NCBI GenBank assembly: GCA_001949185.1
Contig: BDGG01000010.1
Location: forward strand, 349,337 to 413,336
DNA from: Ramazzottius varieornatus
Lineage: Eukaryota; Animalia; Tardigrada
Length of the DNA stretch: 64,000 bases
Direction of reading: 5' to 3'
Positions 38,713 to 50,988 of the stretch are shown one piece after another (position 1 is the stretch's first letter; every line of letters begins with the position of its first letter). The translations under genes were made by a program, and so were the position numbers. Below the pieces are notes generated by a model, which did no database searches, was not told where the DNA came from, and was given only the letters and a program-made list of their open reading frames with translations.

Positions 38713-40319
38713 AGAAGCTTCTAGAAGAAAGATGGACCGTTTGCCAGTCGTCTTTGAACAGAGCTAACGTTCAGTCTCTGTCGAATATTCCTCTGACCTG
38801 CTTCCATCTCTCTATTCCCTCTCTCTTTGAACCACACTTTCCTTTTTCTGACCAGGAAGTTTGCCTTGCATCTCCTTTTTGTTGTTTTTTTTATGAACTT
38901 GGCCTTCACTGTTTTTTTTGAGCTGGGTGGTCCTTTCTTGGGAGTTAAACTTTAAGCTTAATCCTTACCTTACTTATCTATCCTTTGTTGGGGAATGAAT
39001 TTCAGTTACTTATTTCCTTGTTCAATCCTTGCATGCTCTGCGGAAGTATGCTTGATGTTGTATCTCTGAAACTGTCTGGCTTCGGCTGGTTCCCCCACTT
39101 CGTCTGTTTAGTTTCTTCTTTGTTGAGGGTTGGTTCTTCCGGCGTGTGCCTTGCCTTCGGAACTTTGATCGACTCTGTTCATAGTTCACACCCATATGAC
39201 TGGACGTTGACTGTTTTTTATACTGTTCACGCTTTCCAACCATAGAAAGTTGCCTATATTTTTGATTATGGACCAAGTGCCTTTTCATATTCCCCTCAAA
39301 AATATTCTTTACTAACCTGAATAAAGTAACTTATTTTTTACCACAAGTTCCCGCCTTGCTCCGCTGTTCAGTTCCATATATCGCAGCCGTCGCTGGACCG
39401 ACAGATGCTAATTTACGCGGTGGTTGAAGCCTTTAAAAATACACATTAAAGGAGGTCAAATTTTTCCGACATTGCACAGGTTGAAAAATTAGGGTAAAGA
39501 CAAGACAGTCCCGAAACTAAAACGCTAAAAGGTAGCTTTGATATGAATCAAATCAGAAAAATAGCTGACTTATAAGAGCTTATTGTTAGTTTTTCGCACA
39601 TCAGTGACACGATCTAAAGTTATAGGTAATGGCGGATTTACGCTGGTTTTGTACAAAATGACTTCCATGAAGAAAAATTAAACTCTTGTAATGAGAAACG
39701 GTAAAAAAACGATGGTCGCGAGTGGCAGCTGCGTGTATTTTTATCCAGGTTCGAAAAGCGAAGCACAGTAGGAAGCACCTACATATCCGACGAAGGGTTC
39801 TCTCCCACTTCTCCTTTCTTCGACCTATGTGATCAAAGAGTAAAACAGCGTCGACAAGTTTCCTTTTCCATCGAAAACCGAAAAAAATGCCGGTTGGCTC
39901 TTTTACGACCACATAATTATCTTTCACCGAGTCTAAAGAAAATAGCTTCACCGGTAGCCGTACCGGTATATATCCCAAGAAACACAGCCCCAAAAAAAGA
40001 TTGACCCTTTGCACGAATAACCGGTAAATTATTTTGGAAGAATAGCGTAAGAGATTTTTCAAAAAGGCAAGGGGAAGTGAAGAAGTGCAGTGGGATATTT
40101 CAGTGAAGAAAATAGAATATGAAGAAAGTAGACGATGCGGTTAAAATTTTCTACAGTTGCCGGCGGGAAGATTGTCGCAAAGAAGCAGTTAGACCGTTAC
40201 AGGAGGAAGACGAGGACTAGCTGTGGTTTCCTCGCTATGAGTGAAAAGGGGGATGTGTTTTTTTCTTTGTGACTTGTACAGAAGAGATACAGGGTTACTG
40301 GTGCGGAGAATGTTAGGAC

Positions 40320-43300
40320 TTACCCGTAGAGACGATCGAAGCAGTTGTGGCACCAGGGCTTATTAGCGTGCTCTTTGAACGTTCCCTTGTTCAGGGGACG
40401 GACACAGTAGGAGCAAACAAAGTGATCAGGATGATACTTTTTGCCCATGGCTGTGATACAGCGACCGCTAATAGGCGCCTGGCAGCCGCCACAAACTGAC
40501 CCTCGATTGGCGTGGTAGTGTAGCTCGCAGTATGGCCGACCATCCAAATCAAAGAACGATCCGCTCTCGAAAGGCCCTTTGCAATCCTGGAATTGACAAC
40601 TGAAATTAGCTTCTGTACCTGTTCCTTCTTCCACAGTACCTGAACCGAACTTGTCTTACGTGGCAAACAAAGCACTGTTTATGCCACTGGGCATCGAGAG
40701 CCGTCAAGTAGGTTCCCGCGATGGGCTCGTGACAACCGGCGCATTGTGGAGCGAAGGTCTTCAAGTAGCATTGTTCGCAGAATGGCCGACCTTCGCGCTG
40801 CATTTCGAATGAATTTAGGGAAAAGTAACTTCAGAAGATTTGGAAAGGGCAGTGAGCTGAAAGGTATATCATACCTCGTGGAAACTGTGCTCTCCGAACG
40901 GAGCGTTACACCGAGCACAGCAGAAGCATTCGGGATGCCAGGTTTGATCCAAGGCCGTAAAGCATGTCTATAAGCAGCCAATGCAAGCGTCAAAATATGC
41001 GAGAAAAATAATCACAGCGCATGCATATTTTTCAGAAGCCATTATTCACGTTTTAGTTGGAAAATGTGAGCATCGAGTGCCGGACGTTTTCCACGAGATT
41101 TTCTCCGCAGTTGCCAGTAGAGTGGCGCCACTAGGGCCTACCACTGCGGCGCGTAGTCGGAAAACGTGTAATGGCTCTCGGAATTTTTCCGAGGGTGGTC
41201 CGCAACCGGAAGCTGTAGGACCTGGACTAGATACTTACATCCTTGATAGCTGCGTGACAGCGAGCACATTTCATGGCGAACTGCTCGTAATAGTCCTTCT
41301 CGCAGAAGGCGCGCCCGTTCTTCTCAAAGAAGGGCTGGGTCCTCAGCGGTGTCTGGCAGGTACCGCATCGGAAGCATTCCATGTGCCAGACTTTACCAAG
41401 AGCCGTGACAACCTAAAGAGATGCAATATGCTCACTCATCTGACATCATGGTGACTTGCCAGCTTTCCTGCCGGCATGACAGATGGCGCCATTCTTCGTG
41501 TCAGATTACGGTGCAACATGAGGAGATTATCTGACTTCCGCTTCTTCAGGATGTGCAATGTGACCATTTGCAGCGTGCCATGTTACGTCCAGCAAGCTTG
41601 TTAGATCGCCGCCATGCAGTAAGCAACTCATTAGGTACACTCAATGATTAGCGTATTGCAAGCAACACCGAAAGCATGTGCAGAAAATCAAACAGCGAGC
41701 AGCAGCGGCAAGTTTCCGACTCCGAAATGCGTTTCGATTTAACCCCCCCCCCCCCCAGAAACTTTTACTGCCCGTGCTTTGTTTGCCAACTAAAGGCTAG
41801 GTTCAGCAGTGAGACCGTGTGAAGAAAGGACTCGATATGGTGAGGTCCGAATGAGCACCAAGTGGACTACAGGGAAATTACCATTCTCATGTTTGTGACG
41901 GACCTTGAAAAGCTAAAGTCCATTCGGCAGTGTGCTACTCCTCAAGCTAGTTACAAGAACTCTGAAAAAACTCCACCTTCTAAATTTTAAGCAAACTTAT
42001 ATTTCACTGGTCCTCGGTGTTTCTTCCCTCAGCTCGAATAAAAAAACCACTCGTCTCGCGGTTTGGAAACCCAAGCGCTGTATTGAGAAAGCCAGATAAA
42101 ATCCCTGTAGTTGCACCGTACTCGACCGAACATGGAACTACGGGAGCCTCTAAAAAAAACAGGTTTCTTACCTGGCCCGAGACGTTCTTGGCGCAGCCGG
42201 CACATACGTTGTCAACACCCGCTGTCCCCGTAGTGGAGGAGTCTTGGCGGACAGTGCTACGATCGAGCGTACTACTAGCCCCAGCGTCATAACGATCGCT
42301 GGTGTCTCTACCGGGACTAGTCCTACTTCCTTTGTAGCTGCTGGTATCCCTGGCGGGCGACGGCGAGTAGCCTCCCCGATCTTCTTGCTGTTGTTGCTGC
42401 TGGCGACTGCTATAGGTGGTGGTCACCGTTTCGCTTTGCTGCGTTACTCGACGGTTGGTTCCTGTGTTGCCCGAATCTCGGGTATCCGAGCCATTCTGTC
42501 AAGAGAAGGAAGAATCAAGTTCCCACTTATGTAAGCCTACAGAAGCCGAAAAATCTGCACGAAACAACATCGTAGGAAAAACGGCGTCTTCCTTGTAAAG
42601 TCACCGGTGCGGCTGTGCTCGGTTGCGGACATTCAGTGGGAAAGGTACAAAACCATCTTACAGACAGTACACGCAAGACGAGAGATTATGGTCCAGTAAA
42701 AATTATGGGACAGGCGGAAAGGACGACGAAATGGAAATTCGACCGTAGAAAAGTGGCGAAAAATGTGTTATTGTGAATCGGTCGCGTACGTACGTGCTCC
42801 CGTACCGCCGTAGCGAAAAGGCCTGTACCATAATTTATACTGTACCATAATTTCTCGTCCTGCGTGTACTGGTCGCGAATTTTTACTCGTCAAGAAAGCC
42901 GCGGCTTGAACCTTTGAGGTTTATCGGTGGTAATAAAGCGACTTACCACTTTGAAGTCGTTGAGGGTGGCCATCAAGTCGTCCAGTTCTGCCGTAGCCCC
43001 AGTGCCACGGAGCGTCTGCGTCGAAGGTTGAATTTTGCGCTGAGGTCCCGGGGACTTGGGTCGAGATATAAGGCTAGGAGAATCGGAGCCTTCGCTGCGT
43101 TCGCGATGACGTTGTTGCTCGATGGGACTCTGACGATAACCAGAGCCGGAAGCAGTTGTATCGTTCATGCTCATCGTGTTGCTCTCATTGCGCGAGAAGG
43201 AGTGGGTCACTTGGGTTCCTGGGGCGTACACTCCAGCTTGGTTCATGCCTGCAAAAACAAACTTCGCTAAACAGAACGCCCACTTTCCAAGGTTTCATGG

Positions 43301-43651
43301 AGTACGAGCTTCCACTACTCGTACATACAATAGTCTTATGCATATGCACATTCATAATGACAGAGTACTTTGCTACATGTTGGTTCTGCTTGTCTGGAAA
43401 AATGTCGCAGTTTGTCTTCGAAACATTGCGCACACTATAATGACTGAACTTCAGCTACATTAAAATGCATATTATGCTAAGTCTGGATTACTGAGTTAGC
43501 AGTACCTGCGAGTTTGATATGCGATAATCCAAGTTCAATAATTTAATGGCGGTCAGAATTTTAAGGAATTATCAATATTGTAAATACCTCCAGGCCGGCG
43601 AGCGCTATCCAGGTCCGACATTAGAGCATCTAAATCGGCGATGCTTGACAT
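40320..43651 (-). CDS. PXN: Paxillin (LD motifs plus four LIM domains), multi-exon
   Basis: [14 protein letters not shown] (LD1), [16 protein letters not shown] (LD) and four LIM domains ending [46 protein letters not shown]. Confidence 0.93.
42665..42871. mobile_element. MITE in a paxillin intron
   Basis: ~50-bp imperfect TIRs CAGTACACGCAAGACGAGAGATTATGG... / ...CCATAATTTCTCGTCCTGCGTGTACTG. Confidence 0.75.
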
Positions 43652-45940
43652 GATGGTCTGCTGTCTCTCGTGCAGCTGCTGACTATTGACAGATTACGTC
43701 AATCGTTCCCTTCCTGTGGCTGTATATGGTAATAGTGGAGAGATGGCTGGCGGTGGTCCAACTCGAAGATAGTGCTGACAGATGGGGCACCCACTACAAA
43801 CGTTGCGTGTAATCCCTCCACACAGAGTTGATACAGCTCAGAAGATCAAGGTTGATGTACCTGGTGGAGCACAATCCAAAATGTCAATCTATATCCAGAT
43901 GTGTGGGTATGATCGGTAGGTCGGCGATATTTCCATACGGTGTATAGAGGAATGCGAAGTTGGCGAAGAATGAATATCATGCACGGTTTCCACACTGCGC
44001 TGCTCATTCAAGCATCCACCATGGCAGTGTTTGACTCGAACATGACGAAGAATATCTACAAAAATATGAATCATCGCAGAGTCAACTTCGGGCTATATAC
44101 AGTCTGCTGGGCTTGCTCTGTATGTTTCTGCATATCAAAGCAGATAGCTCGCTGTGGACGAAGTATGTTATGTCAACAAAACCGACGTACTGTACGTACC
44201 AAGTTTATGGTGCCCGACTTTCCCACAAGCTCCCTAGGAGGGTCGCGAGGCTGGCAGTCTAAAATACTGGATCTCCCTTACTGGTACAACCGTCACGACT
44301 CACAACCATCCTGTTTCAGAATGCACGACTGCAGCTACTATTCAAAGGGTACTAGAACTCGGACCGGAAGTTCAATCAAATGAATGGTGAATAGAAAATC
44401 AAGTGACACGATCAATGTAAAGAGTCCACCTACATGCACAACACGAAATGCTCTACTTTCGAGTTTTACAGTAATTGTCGGCTGTACGCCTTCCAGTGTA
44501 CGCCCACGCTGTATAGAATTTGAGCAAACGTTCAGGCTCCAGTGATAAGAATTACAGATGGATCTTTACGATGTCTTGACTACACAGAAGTCTGTGGGAT
44601 TACTGTCGCCGGAAATGTTCAAACATTGCAATTTAGCACGCAGTGTTAAACGCGACATGACAGTTCGGCCATTAAAGCAGTCGGCACAAGACCTCGGGAC
44701 GGCGATTAAAACGCCCGCTCACTATAAAGTGACCGCCGGAAGCTGATCATAGCTAAATTTAGCAGTGTTCTTGTTTCACGAGGCTCTGTAGCCCCTTTAA
44801 GAGAGGCATGGCAGAAAGAATTTTAAGTTGCTTGCGGGCGGAAGCGACTGCAAACTTCGTTGAGCCGAGCAGATTCAGCAGAATGATTTGCGCTCCACAT
44901 CAGACACTTGCTTTTTCATGCGGCAACCTCTGTCTCCTTAACCTCACAAAACTTGATGGCTCGCATATACAACTCAGTCTTCGAACTACATGTTCCAGAC
45001 CTGCGCTGAGATTCCTCACGAATTCCAGGGACGTGGAACTTTTCGAGACGCGTTTCCGGGGACGAGTTCCGGCGAACCCGCGCACTCGACGTAAAGGCAC
45101 CCCCGCTGACAACACTTCTGCTTTAGATTTTCAACGAGACAGACATGCAATTATTTTTGCGTGCATTCTAAATAACCGCGGGGTATGAAAGAAATAAACA
45201 CCGGCTTGAGTATTGACGGTGCGTGGCGTGTTCTCGCGCGAAGGACCAGACTGCCATATTTGGCGTGCTCCGCATGTTAAGTTCGATGACGTCATGCTGT
45301 CAAGCCTACCGTACCAGTTTTCACTTCTTACAAATGCAGTCAAGTGGGACGTTTGCCTTCTTGGATTCTCGACTAGCTAAACAGCAATTAATAGCCAGCC
45401 TTGTGTCCATTTTCTATAGAGATAGTTATGTCATTGCGCATATCAGATTTCCGAAAGCTCATTGTATATCCAAAGCTCTTCGTCACTCAAAGCGCGCAGC
45501 ATCGACAACCGCTTCGACGCTTTTGAAAAATATTGAAAAAATTTCTCGCCCACTACACTGGATCGTCTGTGAACGGCTAGGAATTTCCTTCCTAAAAACT
45601 TTATTTGTACCAGAAAATCCACTGAAGCTCCATCCACAAGTCTAACGATGAAGGACCTACTGTGTAAAAAAGAAAACCCAAATAGATTAATACGATGAAC
45701 ACCAGGCGTCAACACTAAACATTCAACAGAGATAGCAAAAAGATGCTCTTATTCAACCTCCAAAGGTCGATACTGTCAGAAGGAGAAGAAAGCCGCGAAA
45801 CTGTCCCATCAGTTATCTGCTCAAAAGTTTCCTGGGTTGCTCCCACCAAAGACCTACTGTGGACATTTTAGATCCTTCCAAATCTAACATATATTAGTCC
45901 AAACATATATATTAGTCTAGGAAGAAGAACCAAAGAGCTT

Positions 45941-47793
45941 CTAGACGGGTGCGGAAGTATTCGAGCTCGTCTTTTGGCGTTTCGGTGTGTGCAGTCGATC
46001 GAAGAGTCCTTCGACTAACGCGGGATGCGTGTTGCGGAGTTCCTTCCACGCTTCCGTCTCGCGCACCTTGTCCCACTGGGAGATGATGAAGTCCATCACG
46101 TCGTCCTTCAGTTCGGGAGCGTTGTGGACGTCGCTGAGGGTGAGTAGGTCCGCCACGTTGCTGTGAGACATTCGTTCTCGAAGGATGTCCAGGGCTTTTT
46201 CTTTGATATCTTTCACTTGGTATTTCTCACCGAGAACGAGCAGGGACGCGGCGTGTTCTTCCAAGTCTTCTTCTTCGCAGGAACCCGTGTAGAGCATCTC
46301 CAAGAACACTTTCTGCAACGATACAAAACCCGTTGGCAAGGTTCAAAATCACGTTTTACCCGCCTTCCAGACACCTGCATACACTCATTATCGTGAGAAC
46401 AATGGTTCGCAAGTATGCAGGTGGACGCGTTTTTCACTTTCTATGGATGACATGTGCTTGTCTACGTGTATATCACCAGAAGTACACATCTTGGTTTATG
46501 CGGGTGCGTGATTCAAGCGTTATCTCAGTGAAATCAATAAGAAATTTGTTTTTGAATTTTTCCCCTTTGACTTCAGGGAAGAATGGTTTTCGTGGTCTTA
46601 CCAGGACGTCAGTAGGTACATCATCCATTTCAATCTTGCTTAGGCGTTTCTCGTTGAGATCGTGGGTCAGCATGGCCTCGAAGACGGGCGATCGGGAACT
46701 GAGGATGGCTTTGTGGGCTTTGGTAACTTCTTTCAAGTCTTCACCCGTCATGATATTCAGGTCCGTATGGGTACGATTCTGAAAGAGATTTCTCATACTC
46801 TGACACACTGCCAGCTCCTCCTTACCAGGCTGAAGATGTGTCAGAGTGCGAGGCATGCGGACAGTCTCGTCTTTGGTCCCTCGGATGATATCCAGGTTGA
46901 TTTTCACCGTTAAGCGTTCATTCAGGATGAAACCGTTCTTCCCTGCAACGAAAACATTCAAAGATTGCTTCTCGACCGTCGAAAGAGTTCACTTGCCTTC
47001 GAAGAGGGTAGAACGTTGAATGAAGCGTCGAAAGCCCCAGGTTTCCCCACGACGGAACTCGCGAAATCGAGATATTTGGTACGTGTGGTCTTCTTTGGGC
47101 CCACCGGCATGACGGACGAAGACAAACTGGCACTTCAAGTGGGCAGTTTCCCGAGGCGCTTCATGGAGATGCAGAAAGATCTGCACTGAATCTCGACACA
47201 GTTCATCCCCCGGGCGGTCTGGTCGCGGATGCACGATGAGACGCAGAACCCAGTCGAACTGTCCATCGTCCGTTTGGAAATCTGGAGGAGAAAACGTAAT
47301 CAATCCACAATCAACCGTTTGAAAGGAAATTTAACGGTGCACAGCTCTGCGCGTTTCCGGTCAAAGACGGGCGGAACCACACCTGACACACGAAGTGCAC
47401 TGCTAGATTTAAGAGACTGCGGAAACCTGTCAGGNNNNNNNNNNNNNNNNNNNNNNNNNNNNNNNNNNNNNNNNNNNNNNNNNNCCCTGACAGGTTTCCG
47501 CAATCCATCAATTAACTAGAGAGCTAAGGGCAAGACGTCCGAGAACACTACGAATCAAGTCGATGACTCGACAGAAGGCACTTACGTGGACTTTCCAGGA
47601 CGTCGTACAGGACTCCACGGCTGTCGCGATAAAAACTGAAATTCTCGACGTTCCAGGTAAATCGCACCAAGTCGAACTCTAGTGAACGTTGGCAGGTAAC
47701 CTCCTTGATGGTGCGAACGGTGCCTGAAGGATTGCCCACACTATCTGGTTGGCCAGCTCCTGTCGTTGCGGAAGTTTTGGCGTTCAGGGACAT
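45941..47793 (-). CDS. MATH-BTB-BACK protein (SPOP/roadkill-like, divergent)
   Basis: FTWNVENFS...LESP, WVLRL and TWGFRRFI (MATH); KAHKAILSSRSPVFEAML (BTB); LLVLGEKYQVKDIKE...NVADLLTLSDVHNAPELK (BACK); basic C-terminal PKRQK. Confidence 0.88.
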
Positions 47794-47918
47794 CGCTCAG
47801 AGTCTGGTTTCTTCTGTGGAATGGAGCCACACACCGTCCACCGCCACAATTGCAGTCAGAAAGTTAGCAACGTTCCTGAAGTTTTTTCCGATAGCACGTT
47901 CAGTGAAGCAAAGTCATT

Positions 47919-48454
47919 TCTCACAAGGGAATTATGGCTGTCCCGACTTCCCGATAGTCAAACGGACCCATTCGAACGGTAGAAAAAATCTTTTCTACAA
48001 TCTGAGGTAGGTAGCTAAATCCCCCGACGATCCTGCAATGAACTACAGGACTGGGAAATGAAAGTCCATTGACCGCTCCAGTGTGCTGCGATGACGTAAA
48101 GCTTTTTGATTGCGGGTGTTGATTGAGGACATTGAAAACAAGCCGCTCAGCTGATCAACAGGATGACCGTACAGCGTGCTAAAACTAGCTGGAGATGCGC
48201 GATAGCATGCCATCTAGTCCGAATCCAACGAAACAGCTGATTGAATGACTTGCAATAGGTTGAATCAAACTCCCAATCAAAGAGCTCACGTTAGTGCAGT
48301 CGTCTAGGTCCGTCACTTTGAAGTCCTGTAGTTTATTCCAGGATCGTCGGGGGATTTAGCTACCTAGGTCAAATCATAGATGGGACTCTCTTCTGCCGTT
48401 TTTCGGGACGGTTTTAGTATCGGGACGTCGGACAGGCATAATCCCCTTGTGAGA
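47919..48454. mobile_element. Long-TIR fold-back MITE directly upstream of the MATH-BTB gene
   Basis: ~130-bp imperfect inverted arms (TCTCACAAGGGAATTATG...TAGGTAGCTAAATCCCCCGACGATCCTG and the reverse complement). Confidence 0.8.
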
Positions 48455-50988
48455 CCACTGACGAGCTGCATAAAGTTGATTTGCTTGATTGCTGCCGGAA
48501 CATATGGTTGATTAGTTGATGGGCACTGCTATCAGTTTGTGCAGCACGATGTTCAGCAGCTCGTCAGTGTCTGAGACCAGCTTGCCATAAAATTTGCTCA
48601 GTCATGATACCAGCTGTCCCGGTTGATACGGCTATAGCTTGGACACAGAATGCCCGGGTTCGATTGCCACAGTGGTCAGTGTTTTTGTCTTGCTTCACGT
48701 TGCAGATCGGCAGATTCATTACTCGGTAGTCCCTCAACGTAAGCCTAAATTTCGTTCAAGTTACGAGAAATGTGCTTAAATTAATACGAAGAATGAATAA
48801 ACTATGGGTTGCGGCATGGAAAGGCACATGGGACTTTTGTCTTTTGTACAGATCTATAGCTATACGAAAAGTCAGTCCCACAGTCTCTCACAGTCTCTTC
48901 TGAAATGGGGGGGGGGGGGGGNNNNNNNNNNNNNNNNNNNNNNNNNNNNNNNNNNNNNNNNNNNNNNNNNNTTTTTTTGAAAAGGGGGGGGGGGGGGGGG
49001 CACTCTGCACACTGGGAGAAAACACGCGCGCACTATGGGAATCACGTGCTTGGTGTCAGATGTGCTAGCCACTCAGAGCGAGTAATTCGAACTGATCTGG
49101 CGCCAGCAGCGCGGGAAAACGCACGTGGGTGTATTTAGTTTTCGACTTTTTACATGATATGGTTCTTGATTGGGTGAATATGTGTGCGTATGTGCATGTC
49201 GCATGAAGGCAGTACGGCACGATGCTTACTGTACTGTACCATTCAATCACTCAAGGTAGAAATAATCAATCTACCAATATAACAAATGTACATCCTTCAT
49301 CAGCCTTCACTATTCTTTACCGTTCTTCACCGCGTCAGGGAAATTTTCACTGAGTCAGTGAAGAATGGTGAAAATAATTCACCGCACTGCACCGAGCCTA
49401 CCCTATTCCGGAGAAGGTGTTTTTCAGAAATTACGGACCTGCAACTTCTGGAGTTTTCTGGAATTACAGGAGGGGCGGGTGAATCTGAGCTGACTTTGAA
49501 GAGGTGACAGAGCTGAATTTGCAGCACGCTGATGCGCGAAGTACAGTGAATTATGCAGGTGGGAAGCGAGCTAGCGACGTCGCCATCTTTATCTTCTCTG
49601 TACAGAGGCCGGTTTGTGTTCTTAATCTCTCCTAGCTTTGTGCCATGTATTTGATTTTCTACACGTTTCTATCCATCAAAATACCCAACTGTCACTTCTC
49701 AACTCCCGAAATCCAGGGTACCGCAGCCGTATGCTTCCTTGTCAAATTATCGGTTCAACAGCATGAAAAGGCATTATTGAACTTTATCGAAATGGCCTCC
49801 AGCAATTTCAAGAGATTCAGCGAAAAAAGGATCTGCAATTCTGAGCAGTATTCTAGAAAAATATTGCGAGTCTGCAAAGATTGCAATAGCGTTCCGCCAA
49901 GGCGCCAACCTCAATACGTCCCTTCTGAGCTACGTGCACTAGAGCCCTGCAACACGCAGTACGTTCTGTATTGCACTGAATTTTACTGCAATGCAGCGCA
50001 GTTGCAGTCGCCGAAATGGTGAGAAAATTTAGTTGCAGTGCAGTCGCAGTTTTGAAAAAGTGAGCATCGTTCGCCGTAGTATACTGTTGTTGCCCCAGTA
50101 GCAAAATAGAAATTTTCTGGTCGGATTGTACCATTTTTCGTTTAAATCTCCGTAAAACATCCACGTTCACGATGTATTTGACATGTATTTCCGTTAACAT
50201 GCAGAAATCTGAATTTTTGAATGCAGTGCAGTTGCAGTTTCTGGAAACCGGATGCAGGGCAGAAACAGAACGGGTTTCACAAAGCATATCACTAATGGTG
50301 CGGAAAGCTTGCATGGAGGAAATGGCGGTGTACGCTGTCACAGTCCTGACAGATTACGATTCTTTTCGACCAGTTGAGTCATCCCAAAACGAAGAGGTGG
50401 GGCAGCCAGATTACTCATACGATACCCAGCTCGCAATATCAGCTGCATGGCGTGCCCCAGCCCGTTTATAATAGAAGGGCAGCTCACGGCGTACGTGCGT
50501 CGCTACACAGGCCATTCTTAGTCGAGTGAGTCGGACAACCGTAATCTCTTCATTGAGATGACGGCTACCAGTTGATTCGAAAGGACGGGTGGAATCTGGA
50601 CTGTCTCGAGCAACTGAGTTAGCTGGCGCGGACGGAAGAGAAGATTGACTTGCCGTAACAACCTGTCCTGTGTTTTGTGTGTATACATATAAACAAGCGA
50701 AGTTGCATACTGTGCAAACGCTGGTACAGGTAACAGGTCTATCGGCTTTTGAGCAACGAGTAAACGTTCACTGTGGCAGCTCCGTCGATGGTGAGGTCCA
50801 GGGAATACACGAGGGCAATCAGCCGGACGCAGTCAACAGTCAACAGCACAGCGCGGGGAGAAGCGGCCAATCACGTGCAGGTAGGCGTGGTAGCTCAGCG
50901 TACGTCCGAGGCGGTTCGTGTGTCGTCACCCTGATATCGAACCGTTCAAGGCCGAAGAATGGGCTGATTTCCTGATTTCCATACCATT

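Noticed and set aside
48620-48675. B-box-like GGGTTCGATTGCC (and GGTTCGATCCC near 55390) suggesting a tRNA or SINE
   Set aside because: No cloverleaf or convincing A-box could be built. At most these are decayed SINE fragments.
48906-49000. Poly-G tracts flanking a gap
   Set aside because: Homopolymers at an assembly gap are unreliable and were not interpreted.
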